From NCBI GenBank assembly GCA_050613775.1, contig JBODTK010000010.1, forward strand, positions 1,240,001 to 1,304,000: 64,000 bases of DNA. The letters run 5' to 3'. Positions 39,200 through 55,596 of this stretch are shown here, in pieces. Below the pieces are notes generated by a model. It had not been told where the DNA came from and did not search any database. It was given only the letters and a program-made list of their open reading frames with translations. The number at the start of each line of letters is the position of its first letter. The stretch's first letter is position 1. This DNA comes from Neocallimastix sp. 'constans' (Eukaryota). Position numbers and translations under genes: made by a program.

Positions 39200-39255
<56 letters not shown>

Positions 39256-39624
39256 AAAAAAATTAGTAATAATTAATATTTAATAATTAATATTTAATAA
39301 TTAATAATAATAATTAATAATCAATAATTAGTAATAATTAATAATTAATAATTAATAATAATAATAATCAATATTCAATAATTAGTAATAATTAATAGTA
39401 ATAATCAATATTCAATAATTAGTAATAATTAATAGTAATAATCAATATTCAATAATTAGTAATAATTAATAGTAATAATCAATATTCAATAATTAGTAAT
39501 AATTAATAATAATAATTAATAATAATTAGTAATAATCAATATTTAATAATTAATAATAATTAATAATTAATAATTAATAATTAGTAATCAATAATTAGAA
39601 TTAAAAAAAAAAAAAAAAAAAAAA

Positions 39625-43488
<3,864 letters not shown>

Positions 43489-43556
43489 ATATAAATCATT
43501 TAATCAAAAATAAATTTTATTTCATCAAAGTACTATTAATCATTCTAACTTATGAT

Positions 43557-43589
<33 letters not shown>

Positions 43590-44419
43590 TATTTTATATT
43601 ATTCAAAAACATTTATTCTAGATAGTTTTATTTTTATACTTTATTTTTAAAACTTAAAATTCATGTAATTTTTATTATCCAATGTATTAATTAAATTATC
43701 ACTCTTATAAGTATTTTAGTTATAGTTTATTATTATAAAAGTTAGAATTAGAAATAGTTTAGATTTAAAGTAAAAGATTCGTCTGGCATCCGAATCCTAG
43801 AGGAGGACCATGTAACGAATCTTAAAAAACTAGAAATTAGAATGCTGGCATAGTGGTTAGTCACTATGACCTCAGCCTGAACCACTAGGGTTCGACTCAC
43901 ACCTTTACTAAAATTTTATATCATTTAAATTTTAAAGAATTTTTATACTTCATTTCTGTATTTGTTTCTGTATTTGTTTCTGTATAAATTTCTGTAAAAA
44001 ATTAACAAAAGAAATTCTTAGAAATTAATAGAAACAAATCAGATAGAAATTCTATTTTAATTTATCTTTTATCATTATTTCTTTTAGATTCTTTTTAACC
44101 GAAAATAATCAATTTTTATGAAACTTTTTAATGATTTTATGGTTTTAAATTTTTATGGATTTAAATTTTGAAAAACTATAAATAGGAGTGAATTTCGCAG
44201 CCAAAAAAAAAATATTTTTTAAAAATTGTGTTTTTATTAATTATTGAATTAATTAATAAGTAATTCGAAATATTACAATAATTAATCTTTATAATTAATA
44301 TTTTTAAATTTCTTAATTAATAAAACTATATTTTAAAAAACCAAATTACTTATTAATCAAAAAGTGCTTACCTATTGTGTTACACTCTTTAAAACACGGA
44401 TATTCCAATATTCGTTACA

Positions 44420-46657
44420 CCTAACATCCCAAATGAAGGAAGAGTTCTTCTTCAAAAGCCGACGGAGAGGTTCAATGATCTCGGCAAAATTATTTATAAA
44501 CTTCCTATAGAAGTTACAAAGTCCTAGAAACCCTTGGAGTTCTTTAATATTTTTTGGGATAGGCCAGTCGATAACAGCTTTAACCTTATTCTTGTCCATT
44601 GAAAGACCATTTACAGACACCACAAACCCTAAAAAAATAGTTTCTTTAACATGAAAATCACATTTTTCCAATTTCACGTAAAGACCATTTTTAATTAGAA
44701 GCGACAATATTTTACGAACATGTTGAATATGTTCGTCCAAACTTTTTGAATAAATTATTATATCATCCAAGTATACTTGAACAAATATGCCAATTGCATC
44801 AGATAAAACATCCTGGATGAATCTTTGAAACACCGAGGGGGCATTTCTTAAGCCAAAGGGCATTACTAGATATTCAAATTGGCCTAAAGGTGTTCTAAAA
44901 GCAGTTAAATATTCATGACCTTCTTTAACGCGGACAAGGTTATACGCAGATCGAAGGTCCAAACGAGTGAATATTACTGCTCCCTTAAACGATTCAATCA
45001 AGTCAACCAATCTTGGGATAGGGTAGCTATTCCTAATTGTAATAGAATTTAATTTCCTATAATCAACGCAGAGTCGTAAGCTTCCATCTTGTTTTTTTAC
45101 AAACAGGACAGGGGCACCAGCAGGTGATTTTGACTTCCTTATAAACCCCTTATCTAAATTTTCTTTTAAATAGTTTTTAAGAGCTTCCATTTCGACAATC
45201 GTAAGAGAGTACACAGGTCCATAATATAATTGACCACCAGGGACTAGGTCAATTGATATATCATATTCACGATGTGGAGGCAATTTGTCTGCCTCTTTCT
45301 TTTCAAATACAATTTTCAAATCTTGATAGTATATGTTGATAATTTCATCTTTATCAGTTTCATTTACTAAAGCGGCGCAAATATCTATATCAAAAAGTTC
45401 GTCACCAGATATTGAGTATGTTTCTGTTTTATCTTTTGATACATTGTTGTTTTCGTTGTTTGGCAAAATTGCAGCAGTAACATCTTTAGAGTGAAAAATG
45501 AATTTATTCCCTTTTGCTGAAGGGTAGTGATTTCCGCAGTGGTTCTCTAAAAAGTAAATCTTATTATTTTTGAAATCTACGTATGGCATATGAATACTCA
45601 ACCAATTTCTTCCAAGGATGGCTGATATTCCCTGAAGTTGTAAGGTAGCTACGTAGAATTCATAGCTTTCCTTGTGGTCCATGAAGGCAAGGCCTAATTT
45701 CTTCGTTACTTGTCTTATATTCATACTTTTGTTGTTCGGTAACTGAATGTTCAATGGTGAAGACAAGGTAGATAATTGAATTCTGTTGGCGTTTACAAAG
45801 TCTCTACAGATGTAACTTCTTGCAGAACCAGAATCAATAAGGACGTTTATTTTCATTTTCTTTCCATTATTATTTAATATAAATGTTGTGGTCATTGAAT
45901 TTGAAGTGTTTGGTGTATAGTTAGCCGAAAGGATGCTTTCTTTGTTTTGATTTTTTCTGAATTTCTTGTGTACTTTGTTGTTCTTGAATTCCTGTTTTGG
46001 ATGCTCATCTCTTTTTCTTTTTTGCGACTTGTTGGTTGACTTATTTGTTTTGGCTAGGTTGTTAATGAAACATTTTTTATCGATGCTGATGATTGAATTT
46101 GTTGCTTCAAAAAGGGTCTTTGGTCTTTCAATTTTATCGAACTCCAGACGAACCTCCTCAAGAAGGCCTCTCCGGATAAGGTCAATAAAAACATCGTCGT
46201 TCCAACCAATTCTTGACGCTAATCTTCTGAATTCAATAGTAAAGAAAGCTGCCTTTCCGAGGTGAAGCTGTTTAAGGTTCAAAAGTTCTTCAATTAAAAC
46301 AAACCTTTGTTCCTTTGTATCTCCAAAATTTTCTAACAATAACCTCTTAAATTCCTCATAGGTGAGAGAATTAAGTGTTCCATCAGCCTTGAGAGATAAT
46401 CCCCATTTTTTAGCTGGTCCATAAAGTTTGCTGATAACGAAAGCGTTTCTAAAGTTGTCATTTGGGAACGAATTGGCATGTTCATCAAAGAACAATTCAC
46501 ACTGTTCAGTTAGTTCGTTTAGATTAAGCTTTGTGTTGTCTTCATTGCGGGCCAACACACCGTTAGGTGAAAAAAATGTGGGAATAAATTCGGTAATTGC
46601 AGAAATTAATTTTGACGCTTCAGCTTCCTTAGTAGCTTCCATACTGATTGAATTCAT
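44420..46657 (-). CDS. pol: E5 polyprotein 5' part (Gag without CCHC, protease, RT)
   Basis: LIDSGS, YLDD; reads ...WDVR|ADNAF... across the E6 insertion, giving ~1331 aa reconstructed. Confidence 0.92.
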
Positions 46658-46837
46658 TAAAATACTAAATAGACTTTTTTAATATAGATCTTTAAAATAT
46701 CTTTAATATATCTTTAAAATATCTTTAAAATATCTTTAATATATGTGTATAATTGTAAAATATAAATTATTTATATTAATAATAGAAATTTATAACTTCG
46801 GAGTCTAGAAGAACACTTCCAATATTTTAACAAAAAT

Positions 46838-47072
46838 GAGCATTTCCGACCAATTTTCCAGAAGCCCCTGAGTTTGAGTGATAGTATGCGCTATACGACC
46901 AGCTTACCTATTAATGGTGTCTTGTTGCCGCGCGCACCACGATTGCAATCTGTTTACCATTAAAACAGACCAGTTCAGAGCCTCCCGCACAGCTTGTCGT
47001 GAAGGGTAAACTTAATCCGGAAATCACTCAGTTACAAGACTCAGGCTACTCCTGCTTCTAAAGTTCGTACTA
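46838..47072. ncRNA. Conserved structured leader RNA, motif 1 (E5 copy)
   Basis: GAGCATTTCC, CAGCTTACC..GGTGTC, GTTCAGAGC, TAAACTTAATCCGGAAA, TGCTTCTAAA, with different but complementary stems. Confidence 0.65.
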
Positions 47073-47835
47073 ATTCTCATTATATTGTTTATTTTTGGAA
47101 ATAACTTCTAGAATCCTTTATTATAAATTAATATTATTAAATATAAAAAATTTAATTGTTAGTATAATTTATAGTATATAATTTACGTATTTATTATTAT
47201 TGTTATTGTTATAATTATTTTATTTAATAATATAATTTTACTATCTATTAATATATACAATTTAATTTATATAATTATAATTTACTATTAAAATTTTTTT
47301 TTTTTTTTTTATTATATTATTTATTTATCTGATTGGAAAAAATAATTTTTTTTTTTTTTTTTTTTTTTCTCTAATATTATCTATTTATTTATTTGATCGG
47401 ATAAAATAAATTTTTTTTTTTTTTACTTTTGTACTACAATATCATAATACAATTAACTAATTATCTAGAAGAGTTATTATTGTAATAATTTCTATAAATT
47501 ATAGAGATTATTATTTATAATTAATATTAACTAAACTATTAAGATTAAATAAAAATTAAAATAAAAATTAAAATAAAAATAAGAATTTAATACTTATCTT
47601 TAAAATTAGAGCTTATTATAAGAAAATATAATAGACCTTAAATGAAAGAGAAATAAAATATGTTTTTATCAAAAGAACTTTATTAATCTATTTTATTATT
47701 AAATATTTTATTATTTTTTTTTGACAAATTTTAAAATAACTATTTTATATTAATTGAAATATTAATGTCTTTTATTGTTATTATATTTTTCTTAAAATAA
47801 TAACTCTTGATTTTCTAAAGACGAAAATCAACAGC

Positions 47836-47843
47836 TATTTATA
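47836..47843 (-). promoter_or_regulatory. TATA box in the E5 5' LTR
   Basis: TATAAATA on -, ~28 nt upstream of the self-primer sequence. Confidence 0.55.
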
Positions 47844-48271
47844 TTTTTACAAAAATAAATGTATTTTTCTAATCTTAACAATGATTCTTTCCAGAAAAAG
47901 ATTAGAAGAAAAAACTGGAAAGATTTTTGATCAATAATCTATACTTATTGATCATCGTGTTATTAAATAAAACCAATTATAATTAATCGGAAAAACTTTA
48001 ATAACTGATTTTAATAACTAAAAGAATTAAAAAGAAAAAGGATAAAAAAGAGAAGGATAAAATAATGCAGAAATTTTATTAAATACATTTTTTCTATGAA
48101 ATAATACAGAAGTTATATTAAATACATTTTTTCATATAACAATTAATACATTAATTGGTATAATTGTTTTTAAATGAAATAAATTTTTTTAAAGAATAAT
48201 AATTATGAAATAATTATTAATTAATAAGAAATAGAAATAAATTATAAAAATTTATATTAATTTCTTACACA

Positions 48272-48513
48272 AGATTTTTCAAGCAGCTCGTGTAGCCTAG
48301 AGGTTTAAGGCGTCGTGCTTATAAGAGAGTACCTCTTATGCAACGCGAAGATCGCGGGTTCGACCCCCGCCATGAGCATTTTTATTTTTCATTTTGTTTA
48401 ATTTTTTTTTTTTTTTTTAATTCATTTATTATAATTCATATCTATATATATGTTATAATTTTAAAATTTTATTTTATTTTTTTTTTTATTATTTTTCTAT
48501 TTTATTTTATTTT

Positions 48514-48556
<43 letters not shown>

Positions 48557-49916
48557 TATATATGTATATATAAATTATAAATAAATGATAAAAAATTTAA
48601 TATTATAAAGTATTGTATATATATAAGATAATACAGGATCTTAATCTATTTCTACGAAGGGTGAATCTCTCCTTAGTAGTTCAATAAATGATGAATCCCG
48701 GGGGGAGATTTTAGTGGATGACACTACACCACGTACACTATCTATTTTTTTAAAGATGTTACTTCTAGGTTTTATTATTATTTATTTATTTTTTTTTTTT
48801 TTTATTTGTTAGGAAGGGAAAAATTCCCGCATAGTACAATTTGCCGAAATACATAGTATTTTTTGAGTTTTTTATTTTTATTTTTTATTTTTTAACTTTT
48901 AATTTTTATTTTTAATTTCAAAATGTACTTTTCACCTACATGTATTTTTTTTTTTATTTTTATAATAAAATTAATATAGTTTTGGAAGTATATTTTCTTC
49001 CCTGTCAAAAAAAAAAAAAAATAGATTGATGATAAAATATTATTTGGTTAAATCTATTGAATCTACCGTTGCTGAAAGCGTCGACGCCGAAATGAGTGGC
49101 ATGGATTTTCACCTCCCCTCAGTGAAAAAATTTGATAAAAATTTGTTGATAACACCAATACTGAAATTATTACTCGCAATAATGAACGTGGTGTTATCAT
49201 TCGAAGAATGAGAAAAGTTAGAGGCTATTGCTTCTAACGCACTTTGTATAATTACTACAATATATATTAATATAATAATTTTATTTCATGTATTTTATTT
49301 TATTTTATTTTATTTTATTTTATTTTATTTTATTTTATTTAATCTGTACTTTATATTCATATTTCAACTATTTATTTTATTTGTACTTTATATTCATATT
49401 CTAATATTTATTTTATTTTATTTTATTCAATCTGTACTTTATATTCATATTTCAACTATTTATTTTATTTTATTTTATTTTATTCAATCTATACTTTATA
49501 TTCATATTTCAACTATTTATTTTATTTTATTTTATTTTATTCAATCTGTACTTTATATTCATATTTCAACTATTTATTTTATTTTATTTTATTTTATTTT
49601 ATTTTAATTTTTTTTTTATTTAAATCTTTTAATTTTTATTATTACTATAAATTAAATAAAGTTATTCTCTAAGCCTAAAAAAAAAAAAAATAAGAGAGGC
49701 AGACATTATTAATTCAAATTATAAAACAAGGAATGGGATGGCTCTTGTTTAAAAACCAAATCATTTCTGGTGATGATTCTAAAAAATGCCATTCTTACCT
49801 TAGTGTGATCTGCGGCTCTCTTTAGCAGAAATTAGACATCGGACTAGTTTTGGATTAGGTTAGATTGATAAAATTTACATAAGTATTGATTTATTATTTG
49901 ATTATAATTTTTAGAT
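48272..49916 (+). repeat. tRNA-Ile repeat unit 2
   Basis: Colinear with units 1 and 3. Confidence 0.9.
48286..48378 (+). tRNA. tRNA-Ile(UAU) with 19-nt intron, copy 2 (best-paired)
   Basis: All stems pair; intact A and B boxes; followed by TTTTT. Confidence 0.95.
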
Positions 49917-50157
49917 TGTTATGGTTCATTGGGAAAAACAAAATTTTTATACACAAAAGATAAAGATTTAAAATATTTATTTACACAATAACAATTTTAT
50001 AATTTATTTATTTATTTAATTTTTAAAGTAATTACATTATTTATTAAACTAATTAAATTTTATTAGCTAAATTATTACTATTCCTAATATTAATATTAAT
50101 ACTATTACTTATATTATTACTAATATTATTACTATTTTTATTTTATTATTATTATTA

Positions 50158-50204
<47 letters not shown>

Positions 50205-50957
50205 TTTATTATTGTTTTGTGTTATTTTATTTATTTATATCTTTAGAAGAAGTTATTTTCTTCAGATATTTATATTCGATTTCATTTTTAAAGTTTAATA
50301 TCTTGGAAATGAAAAAGAATTTAAGTATTTAATTAAAAGAATTATTAATTCATTCTTAATTAAATGTTAAATAAAATTATTAATAATATGTTTAATATAA
50401 ATTCCATAAAGGAATAAAAAAAATTATTATTTAAAAAGATATTATAAAGATTTTAATTAAATAATATCTGGAGTAAATAATTAAAAAGTTTTTAATAAAA
50501 TTTTTAATTAAAAGTTTACAAAAATATTAATTGAATTTGGTAAAAGATAATAAATTATTTAATGATAATTTATTTTAAGTTTAATAAAAATTAATATTAA
50601 TTTATAATGTTATTGAAAGTTAATAATAATTAATTTGATAAAAATATAATAAAAATATAAAATAATTTTAATATAGATTCAATAAAGAATTTGTTAATAT
50701 AAATTTTTGAAGAGTTTATATGTATTTTAATATTAATTTAATTAAGATTCAGTAATGATTTTATAAAAAATATTTTTATAAAAATTTTAATTAATATTAT
50801 AATAATTTTAATTAATTTATAATATTATATAATAAAATTTTTAATTTAATTCAGGGAAGAATATAAGAAAGTTCCATTAGTAAAGAATATAAACTTAATT
50901 ATGGTTAAGTTATGTCTAAACATAACAAAATAAGTAATTTATAGTCATTCTTTACCA
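49917..50957 (-). mobile_element. Solo LTR-D
   Basis: TGTTA...TACCA, AGAT on both sides; right end (GGTTAAGTTA...CATTCTTTACCA) resembles E3/E4 LTR ends. Confidence 0.88.
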
Positions 50958-50961
50958 AGAT

Positions 50962-51196
50962 TGATAAATTTTAGAAATTATCTTAATTTTAATATAGAAT
51001 AAAAAAGTGATAATTTCAATTTATTTTAATAATAACTGTATAAGTTATTTATGAATTAAAAATGTTTTATTAAAAATAACACTAAAAATTTGGTTTATTA
51101 GAACACTTGTTTTCTAATATTTTATTTTATAAATCTTTTATTAAAATTTATTAAACATTATAAAAATTAAAAGTGATTATTAAAATTATAAAATTA

Positions 51197-51227
<31 letters not shown>

Positions 51228-51742
51228 TTTACATGAAATATTTACAAGTATTTATATTTTTCTTTAAAATTAAACTATTTATAATTTATAAATAAAAAGA
51301 ATAATTAAATAAAATAAAATTAATAAAATTAATAATAAAATAAATAATTAATAATAAAATAAATAAATTTGTTTATTATAAAAATAATTAAAAATATTTT
51401 GTTATTTAAATTAATTAATTTTGTTATTATAAAAATATTATTTAATTATAAAATTAATTATAAAAATTATTATAAAACTAATTATAAAAATTAATTATTT
51501 TATTTTAAATTTAATCTTAATATTTTTATTTTGAAAAATATATAATATTTCTTTCATATCTGAGTATTAATGTAATTTTTAAGTGTAATTTATTTGTTTT
51601 ATTTAATTAATTAATTAATTAATTTTTAAATTTTTTTTTTTTTTTTTTTTTATTTTATTAAATTATTATTAAACTTGGCTAAGGTTAGTTTCGATTTTAT
51701 GTATAATATATTTTTAAGATTTATTAATTTTGTTATTTATCA
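50962..51742 (-). mobile_element. Solo LTR-C
   Basis: TGATAAA...TTTATCA, AGAT on both sides; second copy at 54005-54753. Confidence 0.92.
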
Positions 51743-53522
51743 AGATTTTTCAAGCAGCTCGTGTAGCCTAGAGGTTTAAGGCGTCGTACTTATAAGAGAG
51801 TACCTCTTATGCAACGCGAAGATCGAGGGTTCGACCCCCGCCATGAGCATTTTTATTTTTCATTTTGTTCAATTTTTTTTTTTTTTAATTCATTTATTAT
51901 AATTCATATCTATATATATATTATAATTTTAAAATTTTATTTTATTTTTTTTTTTATTACTTTTTTATTTTATTTTATTTTAGTTCTTTTTTTTTTTTTA
52001 TTATTTCTTTTTAATAATTATTTTTATTTGTTTTTATTATAAAAAAATTTTTTAAATATAAAATTAAATTAATTGTAAAGAACAATATTTTTTTTTTATT
52101 ATATATGTATATATAAATTATAAATAAATAATAAAAAATTTTATATTATAAAGTATTGTATATATATAAGATAATACAGGATCTTAATCTATTTCTACGA
52201 AGGGTGAATCTCGCCTTAGTAATTCAATAAATGATGAATCCCGAGGGGGAGAGTTTAGTGGATGACACCACACCACACTATCTATTTTTTTAAAGATGTT
52301 ACTTCTAGGTTTTATTATTATTTATTTATTTTTTTTTTTTTTATTTGTTAGGAAGGGAAAAAATTACCGTATAGTATAACTTGCCGAAATACATAGTATT
52401 TTTTTATTTTTTATTTTTTATTTTTTATTTTTTATTTTTTATTTTTTAAATTTTTTTTTTTCTTATTTTTTAATTTCAAAATGTACTTTTCACCAACATG
52501 TATTTTTTTTTATAATAAAATTAATAAAGTTATGGAAGTATATTTTCTTCCCTGTCAAAAAAAAAAAAATAGATTGATGATAAAATATTATTTGGTTAAA
52601 TCTATTGAATCTACCGTTGCTGAAAGCGTCGACGCCGAAATGAGTGGCATGGATTTTCACCTCCCCTCAGTGAAAAAATTTGATAAAAATTTGTTGATAA
52701 CACCAATACTGAAATCTTTACTCACAATAATGGACGTGGTGTTATTATCGAAGAATGAGAAAAGTTAGAGGCTATTGCTTCTAACGCACTTTGTATAATT
52801 ACTACAATATATATTAATATAATAATTTTATTTCATGTATTTTATTTTATTTTATTTTATTTTATTTTATTTTATTTTATTTTATTTAATCTGTACTTTA
52901 TATTCATATTTCAACTATTTATTTTATTTGTACTTTATATTCATATTCTAATATTTATTTTATTTTATTTTATTCAATCTGTACTTTATATTCATATTTC
53001 AACTATTTATTTTATTTTATTTTATTTTATTCAATCTATACTTTATATTCATATTTCAACTATTTATTTTATTTTATTTTATTTTATTTTATTCAATCTG
53101 TACTTTATATTCATATTTCTACTATTTATTTTATTTTATTTTATTTTATTCAATCTGTACTTTATATTCATATTTCAACTATTTATTTTATTTTATTTTA
53201 TTTTATTTTATTTTAATTTTTTTTTTATTTAAATCTTTTAATTTTTATTATTACTATAAATTAAATAAAGTTATTCTCTAAGTCTAAAAAAAAAAAATAA
53301 GAGATGAAGACATTATTAATTCAAATTATAAAACAAGGAATGGGATAGCTCTTGTTTAAAAACCAAATCATTTCTGGTGATGATTCTAAAAAATGCCATT
53401 CTTACCTTAGTGTGATCTGCGGCTCTCTTTAGCAGGAATTAGGCCTCGGGCTAGTTTTGGATTAGGTTAGGATGATTAAATTTACTATGTATTGATTTAT
53501 TATTTTATTATAATTTTTTGAT
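51743..53522 (+). repeat. tRNA-Ile repeat unit 3
   Basis: Colinear with unit 2; ends in the variant target TGAT. Confidence 0.9.
51757..51849 (+). tRNA. tRNA-Ile(UAU) copy 3, possibly a pseudogene
   Basis: Same gene with A.C mismatch in the anticodon stem (TCGTA) and A.G mismatch in the T stem (GAGGG). Confidence 0.8.
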
Positions 53523-53999
53523 TGGTACGTGTTATTGTACCTTGGGCTTTTTTGACACTACTCTAGTTAAGATAAATTATTCTAAATTGAATAAACACAT
53601 AAATTAATAACTTTTATTTATTTATTATTAAAATATTTTTTTTTATTATTATTTTATTAATATTTTTTTTTTTTTATTTATTATATTACTTAATTATACA
53701 TTATTTTAATTACTACATTTTTATTATAATCTAACTAACTATATATTTTTATTTCTTATTATATCTCCATTCTACACTACATTTTTTTATATTTTTGTCC
53801 TATTTATATTTTTTTTTCTTTCTTTTCTTTCTGATCTCTTCCCCCTTATAATTATTTTCTTATTTACATCTTTTTATATTCTTTTTTATCTAATTTAAGG
53901 TTAAAATTGTATATTTTTTTAAAAATTTAAATATTTAATCTTATAACTTTATTTTCAAATTTATTGCTTATTTCATAGTTATCAGGGCGTCCCGTACCT
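53523..53999 (-). mobile_element. Solo LTR-E (E2-like termini; terminal A mutated to T)
   Basis: TGGTACG...CGTACCT; TGAT on both sides. Confidence 0.82.
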
Positions 54000-54004
54000 T
54001 GATT

Positions 54005-54753
54005 TGATAAATTTTAGAAATTATCTTAATTTTAATATAGAATTAAAAAGTGATAATTTCAATTTATTTTAATAATAACTGTATAAGTTATTTATGAATT
54101 AAAAATGTTTTATTAAAAATAACACTAAAAATTTGGTTTATTAGAACACTTGTTTTCTAATATTTTATCTTATAAATCTTTTATTAAAATTTATTAAACA
54201 TTATAAAAATTAAAAGTGATTATTAAAATTATAAAATTAATTAATAATAATAATAATAATATTTACATGAAATATTTACAAGTATTTATATTTTTCTTTA
54301 AAATTAAACTATTTATAATTTATAAATAAAAAGAATAATTAAATAAAATAAAAGTAATAAAATTAATAATAAAATAAATATTTAATAATAAAATAAATAA
54401 ATTTGTTTATTATAAAAATAATTAAAAATATTTTGTTATTTAAATTAATAAATTTTGTTATTATAAAATTATTATTTAATTATAAAATTAATTATAAAAA
54501 TTATTATAAAACTAATTATTAAAACTAATTATTTTATTTTAAATTTAATCTTAATATTTTTATTTTGAAAAATATATAATATTTCTTTCATATCTGAGTA
54601 TTAATGTAATTTTTAAGTGTAATTTATTTGTTTTAATTAATTAATTAATTAATTTTTTTTTTATTTTATTAAATTATTATTAAACTTGGCTAAGGTTAGT
54701 TTTGATTTTATGTATAATAAATTTTCAAGATTTATTAATTTTGTTATTTATCA
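54005..54753 (-). mobile_element. Solo LTR-C, second copy
   Basis: High identity to 50962-51742; flanked by GATT and GAT(T). Confidence 0.92.
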
Positions 54754-55059
54754 GATTGTTAAGGTTTTAGAGAATTAAATAAAAATAAAGTAAGAAACAC
54801 AAATTTTATTTATTTATTTATTATTTTATTTATTTATTTTATTAAATTTATTTGATTTCATGATTTTTAAAAATTTGTAGCAAAATTTACAACTATTTAT
54901 ACTTTTTTCAAGGCATTAAAGTTGTTCTTGCCACTAAATTACATTTTATTTATTTTTTTTTTATAAAAACTATTAAATTTAAATTGATTTTTATAATCAA
55001 TTATATAAAATTTAATTATAACAATATAAATAAAATACATTTATAATATTAATAAAACA

Positions 55060-55093
<34 letters not shown>

Positions 55094-55596
55094 CTAAAAT
55101 ATTACTAATAAGAATTTATTTAATTGGCTATAATTTTTATTACAATCTGTTAAAATATTCAAATATAAATAAAAATACTATTCTAATATAAAGGTTTTTA
55201 ATAAAATAAAATATTTTTCAATATAAAATAAAACATTTCGATATAAAATTTTATAATAAAAGTTAAAATATAATATATAAATTTTTAATTATCAATATAT
55301 AAAAAATATTATTAATACAAATTTTCATTTTTAATATAAAAATATAAAAAAATAAGATTTATTATTAATATTGCTAATATTAGTTTTAAATATATAAAAA
55401 TATTACTATTAATATAAGATTTAATATAAAAATATAAAGTTTAATATAATTTTTGATTTAATTTTTGATCTTTGGATTTAAAAATTTATTAAAGTACAAA
55501 AATAATAATGTACACATAATGTATTAGAAATAAATCGTAGATTTAATTAAGAATGCATTATTTAGTACATTCTTATCAAGATGCCCCGACGAAGAC

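Noticed and set aside
44372..44419. C-terminal CNEYWNIRVLKSVTQ of the 761-aa ORF
   Set aside because: Read-through into the inserted E6 LTR, not part of E5 pol
46970..47025. Resemblance of motif 1 blocks to group I intron R, RNase P (GGTAAAC) or a Pol III B box
   Set aside because: Only short partial matches; the other required conserved regions were not found by eye
48338..52042. Repeated ORFs starting MQREDRGFDP
   Set aside because: They begin inside the tRNA gene and run into poly-T
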